From Gemmatimonadales bacterium (GTDB lineage: Bacteria > Gemmatimonadota > Gemmatimonadetes > Gemmatimonadales > JACORV01): a DNA stretch of 64,000 nt. The stretch lies in the NCBI GenBank assembly GCA_049513575.1, contig JBEKVZ010000007.1, positions 10,612 to 74,611 of the forward strand, read 5' to 3'. The notes under the pieces are model-generated. The model did no database searches and was not told the DNA's origin. It was given only the letters and a program-made list of their open reading frames with translations. The position numbers and the translations under genes were made by a program. Positions 12,549-26,033 of the stretch are shown here, piece after piece. The first letter of the stretch is position 1. Each line of letters begins with the position of its first letter.

Positions 12549-13513
12549 CCAGGGTGCTGCTCACCGGCGCCGCCGGGTTCATCGGCTCCCATGTCGCCGA
12601 ATGCCTGGTCGCGCGGGGCGACGAGGTGGTCGGGCTCGACAACTTCGACGCCTTCTACCCGCGCGCGGTCAAAGAGGCGAACGTGGCCGCCCTCCGGCGC
12701 GGGCCGCGCTTCCGGCTGGTCGAAGGCGACATCCGGGACGCGAAGACGGTGGCGTCGCTCGTGACGCCGGAGACGGTGTTAGTGCATCTCGCCGCTCGCG
12801 CCGGCGTCCGGCCGTCGCTCGAGGAACCTGCCCTGTACGCATCCGTCAACATCGAGGGCACCGCGGTGCTCTTGGAGGCGGTGCGGCGCGCCGGGGCGCG
12901 CCGGGTCGTGTTCGGCAGCTCCTCCTCGGTGTACGGCGACGCCGCGCCCGTCCCGTTCGGCGAGGACTGGCCGGCGCTCCTGCCGATCTCGCCCTATGCG
13001 GCGACGAAGCGCGCCGGCGAGCTGCTCTGCGCCACCTTTGCCCAGCTCTACGGTCTCCGGATCATGGCGCTCCGGTTCTTCACGGTGTACGGGCCGCGTC
13101 AACGACCCGATCTCGCCATCCACAAGTTCACGCGCCTGATCGCCGAGGGGCGGCAGGTGCCGTTCTACGGCGACGGGTCGAGCGAGCGGGACTACACCTA
13201 CATCGACGATATTGTGGGGGGCGTGCGGGCTGCGGTGGACTGGACGGCGGCTCCGGATAGCGCCGTGGAGATCGTGAACCTGGGCGAGTCGCGCACCACG
13301 CGCCTCGACGCGCTCGTCGCGCTGATTGCGCGGGCGGTGGGGAAGGAGGCGCGGCTCGAGCGCCTGCCGGCGCAGCCGGGCGACGTGCGCCGCACTTGCG
13401 CGGACGTGCGCAAGGCAGCCCGCGTCCTCGGCTACCGGCCGACGACGACGGTCGAGGACGGCATTCCGCGATTCGTGCGGTGGTTCAAGGAGGCCCATGG
13501 ACATCCAGCCTGA
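12545..13513 (+). CDS. NAD-dependent epimerase, UDP-glucuronate 4-epimerase-like
   Basis: GTG start overlaps the uxs stop. [34 protein letters not shown]. Confidence 0.75.
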   Translation: MTRVLLTGAAGFIGSHVAECLVARGDEVVGLDNFDAFYPRAVKEANVAALRRGPRFRLVEGDIRDAKTVASLVTPETVLVHLAARAGVRPSLEEPALYASVNIEGTAVLLEAVRRAGARRVVFGSSSSVYGDAAPVPFGEDWPALLPISPYAATKRAGELLCATFAQLYGLRIMALRFFTVYGPRQRPDLAIHKFTRLIAEGRQVPFYGDGSSERDYTYIDDIVGGVRAAVDWTAAPDSAVEIVNLGESRTTRLDALVALIARAVGKEARLERLPAQPGDVRRTCADVRKAARVLGYRPTTTVEDGIPRFVRWFKEAHGHPA

Positions 13514-14222
13514 CCGGATCGTCGAGCGTGCCAAGGAGCGGATCGAGGCGGGGGACCCCTACGGCGCGGTCCACCTTCTGCGCGAGGTCACGGCCTCCGG
13601 GCGTGCCTTCGCGGACGCGCACCACCTGCTGGGCCTGGCGTACTCGATGATCGGGCAGCCGGCCGAGGCGCTCGAGGAGTTCGACCGCGCGCTGGCCCTC
13701 AACCCCAGGTACGTGGACGCGCACCTCAACCGGGCCGTCACCCTGAACGAGATGGGCCGGTACGACGATGCCGTGGCGGCGTTCGCCGCGGCCCAGGGGC
13801 TGGGCGGCGTGGATCACACCGGGTTCCCGGCGCCGGAAGCCTCGCGCCTGGCGAACCTGCACGCCGAGCTCGCCGAGGCGTACGTGGAAGCGGGCGGCAT
13901 CCGTGACGCGATCGAGCAGTACGCGAAGGCCGCGGAGCTCCGGCCGGAGTTCCTCGACCTGCGCTACCGCCTCGCGCGCCTGCGGCTCGAGGTCGGCGAC
14001 GTGGCGCTCGCGCGCCGCGAGCTGGAGGTCATCCTCGAGGTGCGACCGTCGTTCTTCGATGCGCGCGCGGCCCTCGGGATGGCGTGCTACTTGGAGGGCG
14101 ATACGGCCGTGGCCCGCGCGGCCTGGCAGCAGTGCCGGGGCGAGCGTCCCGACGAGCCGCGCATCAGGGCGTACCTCGCTCTGCTCGACCGGGTGGCGAT
14201 GAAGGCGGAGGCGGGGCGTTGA
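13497..14222 (+). CDS. tetratricopeptide (TPR) repeat protein
   Basis: ATG 13497 chosen inside the longer ORF 13326. Repeated TPR-like helices (AHHLLGLAYSMIGQPAEALEEFDRALALNP). Confidence 0.6.
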   Translation: MDIQPDRIVERAKERIEAGDPYGAVHLLREVTASGRAFADAHHLLGLAYSMIGQPAEALEEFDRALALNPRYVDAHLNRAVTLNEMGRYDDAVAAFAAAQGLGGVDHTGFPAPEASRLANLHAELAEAYVEAGGIRDAIEQYAKAAELRPEFLDLRYRLARLRLEVGDVALARRELEVILEVRPSFFDARAALGMACYLEGDTAVARAAWQQCRGERPDEPRIRAYLALLDRVAMKAEAGR

Positions 14223-15133
14223 ACACCCTACACCCCACTCCCTACACCCTGTTGGTGCTGTTGCTCGCCGTCGCCTGCTCTCCGGTCGCGGACCACGCGC
14301 GGCTCGGCGACCGCCGGTACGCGGAGCGCGCGTTCGTGGACGCGCTCGCGGAGTACCGGCTCGCGATGCACCAGCGCGTGCCCGACGCCGAGCTCCGGGC
14401 CAAGTTCGCCGAGGCCGCGCTGCAGGCCGGCGCGCTGGGCGAGGCGGTCACGGCCTACCACGACCTGGCGCGCGCCGAGCCGGGGGCAGGTGACGAGGCG
14501 GCGGATGGGCTCACGCGCGCGGCGCGGCTGGCGATAGGCGCGCGCGACATCTCGGCGCTCTCCGATGCCCTGCTCGCCTTGCGCGACATCGCCCCGCAGC
14601 GGCCGGTCGGCTTTCTCGCGGTGGCGCTCGGCGCCGGCACCGCCTATGCCCGGCGCCCGGAAGCGATGGACGTCCTGTTGGAGGCGGCCGCCGCCGCGTC
14701 CACGGTGGCGGGCGCCGACTCGTTCCTCGTGGCCTACGCCGACCTCAACGTGCACATGGGCCGCTGCGACGCCGCGACCCGTACCTACGAGGCGGTCCTT
14801 CGCCGCAGCCGCCAGGTGCCGCCGCTGGTGGAGGCGGCGCGCGGCGGGCTCGCCGGCTGCTCGGTCGAGGACGGCAAGGCATCGCTGAGCGCCGGTTCGC
14901 TGCAGGACGCCGAGGTGCGCTTCCGGAAGGCGATCTCGATCGGGGAGCCCGACAGCGTCGTGCGCCTCGCGTGGCTCCTGATCGGCGACACCCGTTGGGC
15001 CAAGGGCGACACCGCCGTGGCCCAGGACGCGTACCGCCGCGCGATGTCGGGCGCCGCCGAGGGAGACCCGATCGCGGCGCGCGCGAACGATCAACTCAAC
15101 CGGTTGCTGGGGAAGGGAACTCCGACGCCATGA
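14219..15133 (+). CDS. putative lipoprotein with TPR-like helical repeats
   Basis: TTG 14219 followed by the lipobox-like signal LLVLLLAVAC. Alanine-rich helical repeats. Start is uncertain. Confidence 0.45.
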   Translation: MNTLHPTPYTLLVLLLAVACSPVADHARLGDRRYAERAFVDALAEYRLAMHQRVPDAELRAKFAEAALQAGALGEAVTAYHDLARAEPGAGDEAADGLTRAARLAIGARDISALSDALLALRDIAPQRPVGFLAVALGAGTAYARRPEAMDVLLEAAAAASTVAGADSFLVAYADLNVHMGRCDAATRTYEAVLRRSRQVPPLVEAARGGLAGCSVEDGKASLSAGSLQDAEVRFRKAISIGEPDSVVRLAWLLIGDTRWAKGDTAVAQDAYRRAMSGAAEGDPIAARANDQLNRLLGKGTPTP

Positions 15134-15888
15134 TCCGGGTTACCACGGGCGCCGTGCGGGCCCTGCCGGTCGTTGCACTCTGTCTCGTCGCCGCCTGCGC
15201 TCGCTTCGACCCGCGGCACTACACCGTGCCCGAAGACCTCTACCAGGCGTCGATGCACCAGTTCCGCACCGGCCACTACGACAAGGCGCAGTCCGGTTTC
15301 CAGACCCTCACCTTCGGCGTGGGCGCGCGCGACACGCTCTATCCGCTGGCGCGGTTCTTCCTCGCCGAGTCGTACTTCAGCCAGGGCGACTTTGCCACTG
15401 CGGCCCAGGAGTTCCGCCGCGTCGCCGACGAGAACCCGAACCACCGGCTCGCGCCGGACGCACTGCTCAGGGCCGCCGACTCGTACGCGAAGATGTGGGA
15501 GATGCCGGACCTGGACCCGGCCAACGGGCAGTCGGCGCTCGCGACCTATCAGGAGCTGTCCGGCCGGTTCCCGCAGGCGTCCGCGACGCGCGTCGCGGCC
15601 ACGCGGCTGCAGGTCCTGAACGAGAGGTTCGCGCAGAAGGAGATGAACGTCGCGCTCTTCTACTTCCGCCGCAACGCCTTCGATTCGGCGATCCTCTACT
15701 TCAAGGACCTAATCGCCAGCTACCCGTCGACGTCGCTGGTCCCCGAGGCCTACGTCTACATCGTCCGCTCGTACCACGCGATCGGGTACGCGGACCAGGA
15801 GGCGCAGTTCTGCAACGCGCTGCAGCAGTTCTACCCGCGGCTGGCCGACGCCAAGCGTTACTGTGGCAACGGGACTGCTGGGCGGTAG
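15130..15888 (+). CDS. bamD: outer membrane protein assembly factor BamD (YfiO)
   Basis: ATG 15130 (ATGA overlap). Lipoprotein signal VALCLVAAC and a TPR-like BamD fold (AESYFSQGDFATAAQEFRRV, ALFYFRRNAFDSAILYFKDLI). Confidence 0.75.
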   Translation: MIRVTTGAVRALPVVALCLVAACARFDPRHYTVPEDLYQASMHQFRTGHYDKAQSGFQTLTFGVGARDTLYPLARFFLAESYFSQGDFATAAQEFRRVADENPNHRLAPDALLRAADSYAKMWEMPDLDPANGQSALATYQELSGRFPQASATRVAATRLQVLNERFAQKEMNVALFYFRRNAFDSAILYFKDLIASYPSTSLVPEAYVYIVRSYHAIGYADQEAQFCNALQQFYPRLADAKRYCGNGTAGR

Positions 15889-16429
15889 CTTCGACCCGAT
15901 CCACCACGGCCACCTGATCGCGGCCGAGCGCGCCCTCGAGGCGCTGGGGCTCTCGCGCGTGCTGCTGGTGCCGTGCGCGCGGCAGCCGCTGAAGCGGCAG
16001 GGGCCGGTGGCGGCGCCGGAGCACCGCCGGGCGATGCTCGAGCTGGCGGTCGCCGGCGACGCAAGGTTCGCCGTCGAGGCGCTCGAGCTGGAGCGGCCCG
16101 CCCCGTCCTACACGGTGGACACCCTGCGCGTGCTCGGCGGGCGCTGCCCGGGCGAACGGTTCGTGCTGCTGCTCGGTGGGGACGCCGCTGCGGACCTGCC
16201 GCGCTGGCGTTCCGCCGAAGAGGTCGCCCGGCTGGCCGAGGTGGCGATCCTGACGCGCCCGGGAGCACCGGAGGTCCGGACGCCGCTGGTCCGGCACGTC
16301 GTGGCCACGCCGGCCATCGAGATCTCGGCGAGCGACATCCGCGCCCGCTGTCTGGCGCGAAAGAGCATCCGCTACCTCGTGCCCGACGCGGTCGCCGACT
16401 ACATCGAGAAGGAAGGGCTGTACCGATGA
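15863..16429 (+). CDS. nadD: nicotinate-nucleotide adenylyltransferase
   Basis: GGSFDPIHHGHL signature; ISASDIR near the C-terminus. Confidence 0.9.
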   Translation: MATGLLGGSFDPIHHGHLIAAERALEALGLSRVLLVPCARQPLKRQGPVAAPEHRRAMLELAVAGDARFAVEALELERPAPSYTVDTLRVLGGRCPGERFVLLLGGDAAADLPRWRSAEEVARLAEVAILTRPGAPEVRTPLVRHVVATPAIEISASDIRARCLARKSIRYLVPDAVADYIEKEGLYR

Positions 16430-16430
16430 T

Positions 16431-16512
16431 GGAGGCACGGAGGCACAGAGGTCCTGAGGCACGGGAACGGCGCTGCACCGGCCGTGCCTCCGTGCCGCCG
16501 TGCCCCCGTGCG
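16431..16512. repeat. octamer-periodic imperfect palindrome, GAGGCACG family (copy A1)
   Basis: Left arm is about 4x GAGGCACG at period 8; right arm is about 4x CGTGCCNC. Inner 9-bp stem GAGGCACGG/CCGTGCCTC. Fills the nadD-secA gap. Confidence 0.85.
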
Positions 16513-16523
16513 TTGGGCTGCTG

Positions 16524-19840
<3,317 letters not shown>

Positions 19841-19841
<1 letters not shown>

Positions 19842-19866
19842 TTGCCAGACGGCGAGTTGCCGAGAG
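19841..19866. repeat. GTTGCCAG-family half element (copy D1)
   Basis: GTTGCCAGACGGCGAGTTGCC directly after the secA stop. It matches the left arm of the palindrome at 51060. Confidence 0.6.
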
Positions 19867-20209
19867 CGCCGCAGCGGACATCCGCATCTGTTCGCCGCCC
19901 GCCCATCCGCTCAGGCCTGACGTGCCGGCCGGGCAATGCGCCACTGCTGCCACGCGATCGATGCGGTGCCCGATGACCGCCGATCCGATCGCGACGGCGC
20001 CGGCGGAGCCGGAAGCGAAGTTCTGTTCGGCGTGACGCGGGCCCTTGCATCGACGAGTTGGAGTCCGAATCCGGCGCGGCGCGGCGGCCCTGCCGCCTTG
20101 CCCGCGGCCGAACCGTGAGGCGCTGGCGTCCGGTGTCTCGGGCGCCCGCGCTTGCCCGTCCTCCGGCCTGCTGGGCCCCTTGTCAACAGCCAGATTGTGA
20201 CTGCGCCGG

Positions 20210-20390
20210 GGGAATTGTTCGGTGCCGAATCAACTCGCACCGGGCTGGAGGAGTGCTCCCGGCGTGCGCATGCGGACCGGAGGGGCTCCGGTCCCCTTCT
20301 CCGATCTCGACCGGATCGAGTGGCCTTCCGGCTCCGAGCCCTGCGACTTGGACCGCTGGCTGCATTTGATTCGCCGCCGAACTAATTCCC
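20210..20390. other. candidate structured RNA or MITE-like element bounded by about 24-nt inverted repeats
   Basis: GGGAATTGTTCGGTGCCGAATCAA (20210-20233) is complementary to TTGATTCGCCGCCGAACTAATTCCC (20366-20390). An internal perfect 9-bp hairpin lies at 20274-20294. Confidence 0.35.
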
Positions 20391-20679
20391 TCAGCACCGC
20401 CGTTTCCGATGGGCCACTGCGTTGGCGGACTCGGCACCCCAGCGCGATCGGCGACCGAGAGGTGTCCGACGAGCCCGGCGACTCGATCGTCCCTCTGCGC
20501 CGCTCCTGGAGAGCAGGGCAGTCCCAAGGTCCGACCAGACGTTCCACCCGGTGGGGACGCCCCCGGAGGCCGCCCCCCCGGCGTGAGGCGGCGGAGCGCG
20601 GGGCCACCGGTCGCGCGAATAGGCGCCGCGGCGCGGCGTTTGGGCCCGCGCAACCGCCGCGCCCGGCGCATGATGGGGC

Positions 20680-21363
20680 GTGGCGCTCCGCATCGCCGAG
20701 ACCCCCGCCGCCGACCGCCCCCGCGAGCGGCTGCTCCGGCTCGGTCCCTCCGCGTTGACGACCGCGGAACTCCTGGCGATTCTCATCGGTACGGGGCGCG
20801 CCGGCGTATCCGCACCTGACGTCGCCTCGGCGCTGCTCGCGAGCGGCGGGCCCGCGCTCGCGCATCTGGCCCGCCGCACCGCCGTGGAGCTGGCGGGCGT
20901 CCCGGGCGTTGGCCACGCCAAGGCGGCCCGCATCGCCGCAGCGCTCGAGCTGGGCCGGCGGCTGCAGGAGGAGGGAAGGCCGGACCGGACGCGGATCCGT
21001 TCGCCGGCTGACGTGTACCGCTGGTTTGCGCCGCGCCTGGCGGACCTGGCGGCGGAAGAGTTCCACGTGCTCGCGCTCGACAGCCAGAGCGGCATCCTGC
21101 GCGACCTGCTCGTGACCCGGGGGATCTTGAACAGCTCGCTGGTGCATCCTCGCGAAGTGTTCCGCGGCGCCATCGCCGAAGCCGCGGCCGGGATCATCGT
21201 GGTGCACAACCACCCCTCAGGGGATCCCGCGCCGTCGGCCGACGACCGCGCCGTCACGCGCCAGCTGGTGGAGGCGGGCAGGGTCCTCGACCTCCCCGTC
21301 TACGACCACGTGATCGTCGGGGCGCGAGGCTACCTCAGCTTCGCCGAGGCCGGGCTCCTGTGA
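20680..21363 (+). CDS. radC: RadC-family JAB/MPN domain protein (UPF0758)
   Basis: N-terminus ADRPRERLLRLGPSALTTAELLAILIGTG; JAMM motif HNHPSGDPAPS. Confidence 0.9.
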   Translation: MALRIAETPAADRPRERLLRLGPSALTTAELLAILIGTGRAGVSAPDVASALLASGGPALAHLARRTAVELAGVPGVGHAKAARIAAALELGRRLQEEGRPDRTRIRSPADVYRWFAPRLADLAAEEFHVLALDSQSGILRDLLVTRGILNSSLVHPREVFRGAIAEAAAGIIVVHNHPSGDPAPSADDRAVTRQLVEAGRVLDLPVYDHVIVGARGYLSFAEAGLL

Positions 21364-23540
21364 CCGTCGCTCCCGCCAAGCGCCCCGTCCCGGCCATCCC
21401 CGGCCTCACCGACGCGCTCGAGCCGTTCGCCGAGCGCCTGGACCTGGACCTGCTCGAGCGGGCCTACCAGTTCAGCGCCGCGGCCCACCGTGGCCAGAAG
21501 CGCTGGTCGGGGGAGGACGCGGTGTCGCACGGCATCGGCGTGGCCCGCATCCTCATCGAGGCGCACCTCGACGCGGTCTCCGCCGCCTGCGGGCTGCTGC
21601 ACGACGTGGTCGAAGACACCGACGTCACCGTGGAGGACCTCGAGCGCGAGTTCGGGAAGGAGATCGCCGCGATCGTGGACGGTCTCACCAAGATCTCGAC
21701 GCTGAACTTCCGCTCCACCGCCGAGGAGCAGGCCGAGAACTACCGCAAGCTCCTGCTCTCGGTCGCCAAGGACGCCCGCGTCGTCATCGTCAAGCTGGCC
21801 GACCGTCTGCACAACATGCGGACCCTGGAGCATCTGCCCGAGGAGAAGCAGCGGCGCATCGCGCTCGAGACGCGCGAGATCTACGCCCCGCTGGCGCACC
21901 GCTTCGGGATGGCCGGGATCAAGGCGGAGCTCGAGGACTTGGCGTTCCGGTTCCTGGAGACCGACGAGTACGCCTCGCTCGCGAAGAAAGTCGCGTCGCG
22001 GAAGGCCGAGCGGGAGGAGCTGGTGGGGCGGATGCGCGAGCCGCTGCAGCGCGAGCTGGAGCGCGCGGGCATCCGCGACGTGGACGTCACCGGCCGGCCC
22101 AAGAACCTCTGGTCCATCCACCGGAAGATCATCCGGCGCGACCTCCCCTACGAGGAGATCTACGACCTGATGGCGTTGCGGGTGCTGGTGAATTCGGTGC
22201 CCGACTGCTACCACGCGCTCGGCGTGATCCACTCGCGCTGGACGCCGCTGCAGGAGCGGATCAAGGACTACATCGCCCAGCCGAAGTCGAACGGCTACCA
22301 GTCCCTCCACACCACCGTCTTCGGCCCGACGGGCCAGCTGTACGAGATTCAGATCCGCACGCGCGAGATGCACCACACCGCCGAGTACGGGATCGCGGCG
22401 CACTGGCTCTACAAGGAGGGCCGCTCGCGCGACGAGCTGGACAAGCACCTCACCTGGTTCCGGCAGCTGGTGGACTACCAGCAGGAGGCGATGACCCCCG
22501 ACGAGTTCATCGAGTTCCTGCGCATCGACCTCTACCAGGACGAGATCTTCATCTTCACGCCGCAGGGCGACGTCAAACAGCTCCCGAAGGGGGCCACGCC
22601 GATCGACTTCGCCTTCGCGGTGCACACCGAGGTCGGGCTGCACTGCCAGGGCGCGAAGATCAACGGACGCATCGCGCCGCTGCACCGCGCGCTCAAGAAC
22701 GGCGACACGGTGGAGATCCTCACCTCGCCGACCGCCCACCCGTCGCGCGACTGGCAGGCCCACGTCCGGACCGCGCGGGCGCGGCAGAAGGTGCGGCAGT
22801 GGGTGAAACAGGAAGAGCACGAGAGCTCGATCGCGCTCGGCGAGGAGATCCTCGACCGCGAGCTCAAGCGGCGCCGGCTGGCGAAACCCGACCTGGCGGC
22901 GCTCGCCCGCGCCGTCGCCGCGCTGAACGTCCCCGATGTGGACCACGTGAAGGCGGCGTTGGGGCGCGGCGACCTGAGCATCACCCAGGTCCTGCGCGGG
23001 CTCTACCCCGACCTGGAAGAGAAGGAGGAGGAGTCGCCGCCGCCCAAGCCCGGTGCGCTCGGCCGCCTGGTGCAGCGGATCCGCGTCGGGAAGGGGGTCC
23101 GCATCCAGGGGGTGGACGGGCTGATGGTGCGCTACTCCCAGTGCTGCCAGCCTGTGCCTGGTGACGCCGTGACCGGCTACGTCACGCGGGGGCGGGGCAT
23201 CAGCATCCACCGGGTGGACTGCCCGAACCTCCTCGCCCTCGACAGCGAGCCCGAGCGGCGGGTGGACCTCGACTGGCGCGAGATCGAGGGGGAGGTCTTC
23301 GCGGTGCGCCTCGATCTGCAGGGCGAGGACCGCCGCGGTCTCTACGCGGACGTCTGCACGGCGATCTCCACCGCCGCCACCAACATCCGGAGCTGCGAGC
23401 TGGCCAGCGGCGAAGGCGGGATGACGGGGCTGGTGATCGTCGAGGTCGAGAACCTCACCCACCTCAACAAGGTCATGAAGGCCATCCGCCGCGTGAAGGG
23501 CGTCACCGACGTGCGGCGGCGCGAACGCCTGATCGCGTGA
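21360..23540 (+). CDS. relA/spoT: bifunctional (p)ppGpp synthetase/hydrolase
   Basis: 726 aa. HD hydrolase (HDVVEDT), RelA/SpoT synthetase (YQSLHTTV), TGS and ACT regions. Confidence 0.9.
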   Translation: MTVAPAKRPVPAIPGLTDALEPFAERLDLDLLERAYQFSAAAHRGQKRWSGEDAVSHGIGVARILIEAHLDAVSAACGLLHDVVEDTDVTVEDLEREFGKEIAAIVDGLTKISTLNFRSTAEEQAENYRKLLLSVAKDARVVIVKLADRLHNMRTLEHLPEEKQRRIALETREIYAPLAHRFGMAGIKAELEDLAFRFLETDEYASLAKKVASRKAEREELVGRMREPLQRELERAGIRDVDVTGRPKNLWSIHRKIIRRDLPYEEIYDLMALRVLVNSVPDCYHALGVIHSRWTPLQERIKDYIAQPKSNGYQSLHTTVFGPTGQLYEIQIRTREMHHTAEYGIAAHWLYKEGRSRDELDKHLTWFRQLVDYQQEAMTPDEFIEFLRIDLYQDEIFIFTPQGDVKQLPKGATPIDFAFAVHTEVGLHCQGAKINGRIAPLHRALKNGDTVEILTSPTAHPSRDWQAHVRTARARQKVRQWVKQEEHESSIALGEEILDRELKRRRLAKPDLAALARAVAALNVPDVDHVKAALGRGDLSITQVLRGLYPDLEEKEEESPPPKPGALGRLVQRIRVGKGVRIQGVDGLMVRYSQCCQPVPGDAVTGYVTRGRGISIHRVDCPNLLALDSEPERRVDLDWREIEGEVFAVRLDLQGEDRRGLYADVCTAISTAATNIRSCELASGEGGMTGLVIVEVENLTHLNKVMKAIRRVKGVTDVRRRERLIA

Positions 23541-25627
23541 CGGAGTTCCGTCTCGAGGCACCCTTCGAGCCCGCCGGCGACCAGCCCCAGGCCATCGACG
23601 CGCTGGTCCGCGGCTTCACCGCCGGCGAGCGGCATCAGGTGCTGCTCGGCGTCACCGGCTCCGGCAAGACGATGACCATGGCCACCGCCGTCCGGCGACT
23701 GGGCCGGCCGGCGCTGGTTCTCTCGCACAACAAGACGCTCGCGGCGCAGCTCTACGGCGAGCTGAAGTCCTTCTTCCCGTCGAACGCGGTCGAGTTCTTC
23801 ATCTCGTACTACGACTACTACCAGCCCGAGGCGTACGTCCCGCAGACCGACACCTACATCGAAAAGGACGCCTCGATCAACCAGGACATCGAGCGGCTGC
23901 GCCTCCGGGCGACGTCGAGCCTGGTGGAGCGGGACGACGTGATCGTCGTGGCGACGGTCTCCGCGATCTACGGCCTCGGCGACCCGGTGGAGTACCGGGA
24001 GCAGATGCTGCGGCTGGGGCGCGGCGAGACCGTCGGGCGGCGCCCGATCCTCGAGCGGCTGGTCGGGATCCAGTACCAGCGCAACGACGTCGCGTTCGAG
24101 CCCGGCAACTTCCGGGTGCGGGGCGACGTGATCGAGGTCTTCCCCGCCTACGAGGAGCAGGCGGTGCGCATCGAGCTGTTCGGGGACGCCATCGAGCGCA
24201 TCGTCAAGATCGATCCGCTGACCGGGCGGAAGGTCGCCGAGCTGGAGCGGTGCGCGATCTATCCGGCCACCCACTTCGTCACGAACCGCCCCAACCTCGA
24301 GCGCGCCATCGGCCTGATCCGCGAGGAGCTGGCGGCGCGCCTCGCCGCGCTCAAGGAGGCGGGGAAGCTCCTCGAGGCCCAGCGCCTCGAGTCGCGCACC
24401 CGCTTCGACATCGAGATGATGCTCGAGGTCGGCACCTGCCACGGGATCGAGAACTACAGCCGCCACCTCTCGGGCCGCGCGCAGGGCGAGCGCCCGGCGG
24501 TCCTGATGGACTTCTTCCCCAAGGACTTCCTCGTGATCGTGGACGAGTCGCACGTCACCGTGCCGCAGATCGGCGCGATGTACGCCGGCGACCGCTCGCG
24601 CAAGGAGACGCTCGTCGAGTACGGCTTCCGCCTCCCCTCGGCGCTCGACAACCGCCCCCTGCGCTACGACGAGTTCCTCCAGCTCGCACCCCGCGCGCTC
24701 TTCGTCTCCGCCACCCCCGGCCCCGAGGAGCTGCGCCTCTCCGGCGGCGCCGTGGTCGAGCAGCTCGTCCGGCCAACGGGCTTGGTCGATCCGGAGGTCG
24801 AGGTCCGCAAGGTCGAAGGCCAGGTGGACGACCTGCTCAAGGAGATCCGCGCGCGGGAACGCCGCGGCGAGCGCGTGCTCGTGACCACGCTGACCAAGCG
24901 GATGGCGGAGGACCTCACCGACTACCTGGCTCAGGTGGGCGTGCGCGTCCGGTACATGCACTCCGACATCGACGCCATCGAGCGGATGGACATCATCCGC
25001 GGCCTCAGGCTGGGCGAGTTCGACGTGCTGGTCGGGATCAACCTGCTCCGCGAGGGGCTCGACCTCCCGGAGGTCTCGCTGGTCGCGATCCTCGACGCCG
25101 ACCAGGAGGGCTTCCTGCGCTCGCGTACGTCGCTCATCCAGACGGTGGGCCGCGCGGCGCGCCACCTCGACGGCAAGGCGATCCTCTACGCCGATCGGAT
25201 GACCGACTCGATGAAGGCGGCGCTGGCGGAGATGGACCGCCGCCGCTGCACCCAGGAGCGCTACAACGCCGAGCACGGGATCACGCCGCGCTCCATCGTC
25301 AAGTCGGTGGACCAGATCCGTTTCACCACCCGCGTCGCCGACGCGCGCGAGGACCCGGTCCCCCGCGCCGAGGCGGTGTCCCTGATGGGGAAGGCCGCGG
25401 GCGACTGGAGCGGCCTCGACCAGGCGCAGCGCGAGACGCTGGTCAGGCAACTCGAGGACGAGATGCGCCGGGCGGCCGACGACCTGGATTTCGAGCTGGC
25501 CGCGCAGCTGCGCGATCAGATTCTCGATCTCAGGGCGAGCACGCAGAATCGGGGACGCGCGGACGCACCGACGCATGGACGCACGGAAGAAGCTCGGGGT
25601 AGGCGTGGGCGGCCGGCGCGTCGATGA
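23537..25627 (+). CDS. uvrB: excinuclease ABC subunit B
   Basis: GTG 23537 overlaps the relA stop. [10 protein letters not shown] Walker [11 protein letters not shown] beta-hairpin region, C-terminal UVR motif. Confidence 0.95.
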   Translation: MTEFRLEAPFEPAGDQPQAIDALVRGFTAGERHQVLLGVTGSGKTMTMATAVRRLGRPALVLSHNKTLAAQLYGELKSFFPSNAVEFFISYYDYYQPEAYVPQTDTYIEKDASINQDIERLRLRATSSLVERDDVIVVATVSAIYGLGDPVEYREQMLRLGRGETVGRRPILERLVGIQYQRNDVAFEPGNFRVRGDVIEVFPAYEEQAVRIELFGDAIERIVKIDPLTGRKVAELERCAIYPATHFVTNRPNLERAIGLIREELAARLAALKEAGKLLEAQRLESRTRFDIEMMLEVGTCHGIENYSRHLSGRAQGERPAVLMDFFPKDFLVIVDESHVTVPQIGAMYAGDRSRKETLVEYGFRLPSALDNRPLRYDEFLQLAPRALFVSATPGPEELRLSGGAVVEQLVRPTGLVDPEVEVRKVEGQVDDLLKEIRARERRGERVLVTTLTKRMAEDLTDYLAQVGVRVRYMHSDIDAIERMDIIRGLRLGEFDVLVGINLLREGLDLPEVSLVAILDADQEGFLRSRTSLIQTVGRAARHLDGKAILYADRMTDSMKAALAEMDRRRCTQERYNAEHGITPRSIVKSVDQIRFTTRVADAREDPVPRAEAVSLMGKAAGDWSGLDQAQRETLVRQLEDEMRRAADDLDFELAAQLRDQILDLRASTQNRGRADAPTHGRTEEARGRRGRPARR

Positions 25628-26033
25628 AGCGGAGCTGGGCCGGTTCGGCGAGGCGTTCGCCCGCTCGCTCCGGCCGCCCGTTGCCGTCGGCATCGCCGGC
25701 GAGCTGGGCGCGGGCAAGACCACCCTGGTCCGCGCCATCGCCCACGGCCTCGGCGTCGTCGAGCCGGTGACCAGCCCGACCTTCGCCCTTGTGCACCGCT
25801 ACGCGGGCGGGGGCACGACCGTCTATCACGTGGACGGCTACCGATTGAAGCCCTCGGAGGCCGTGGCGGACCTCGGGATCGACGACGCGCTGGCGGAGCC
25901 GGACAGCGTCGTCCTGATCGAGTGGCCGGAACGGCTCGGCGAAGCGCTCCCGACGCTGGCTCACAGCATCCGGTTGAGTTACACGGACGACGACGAGATC
26001 AGGGAGCTCGAAGTGGACGGCAGGTCCCCGTGA
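25575..26033 (+). CDS. tsaE: tRNA t6A37 biosynthesis ATPase TsaE
   Basis: P-loop [14 protein letters not shown] and SPTFALVH. The start overlaps the uvrB end by 53 nt and is uncertain. Confidence 0.8.
   Translation: MDARKKLGVGVGGRRVDEAELGRFGEAFARSLRPPVAVGIAGELGAGKTTLVRAIAHGLGVVEPVTSPTFALVHRYAGGGTTVYHVDGYRLKPSEAVADLGIDDALAEPDSVVLIEWPERLGEALPTLAHSIRLSYTDDDEIRELEVDGRSP

Noticed and set aside
16431-16512. Possible CRISPR array, because of short regularly spaced repeats (also at 30011, 62354 and 63147)
   Set aside because: The units are only 8 nt, contiguous with no spacers, and arranged as inverted arms. No cas genes are present.
19842-20679. tmRNA, RNase P RNA, SRP RNA, 6S RNA or a tRNA in the long secA-radC gap
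   Set aside because: I looked by eye for GAGGAAAGTCCGG and ACAGAAnCCGGCTTA (RNase P), GGAAGCAGC (SRP), a tRNA-like GGTTCGAnTCC...CCA end with an ANDxxALAA-type tag frame (tmRNA), and a rod-like fold (6S). None was found. A covariance-model scan is still needed.
20222-20758. 178-aa + ORF and the 162/327-aa minus ORFs inside the gap as real genes
   Set aside because: They are Arg/Pro/Gly-dominated, have no Shine-Dalgarno sequence, and contain no recognisable domain. They also run into or lie antisense to radC.
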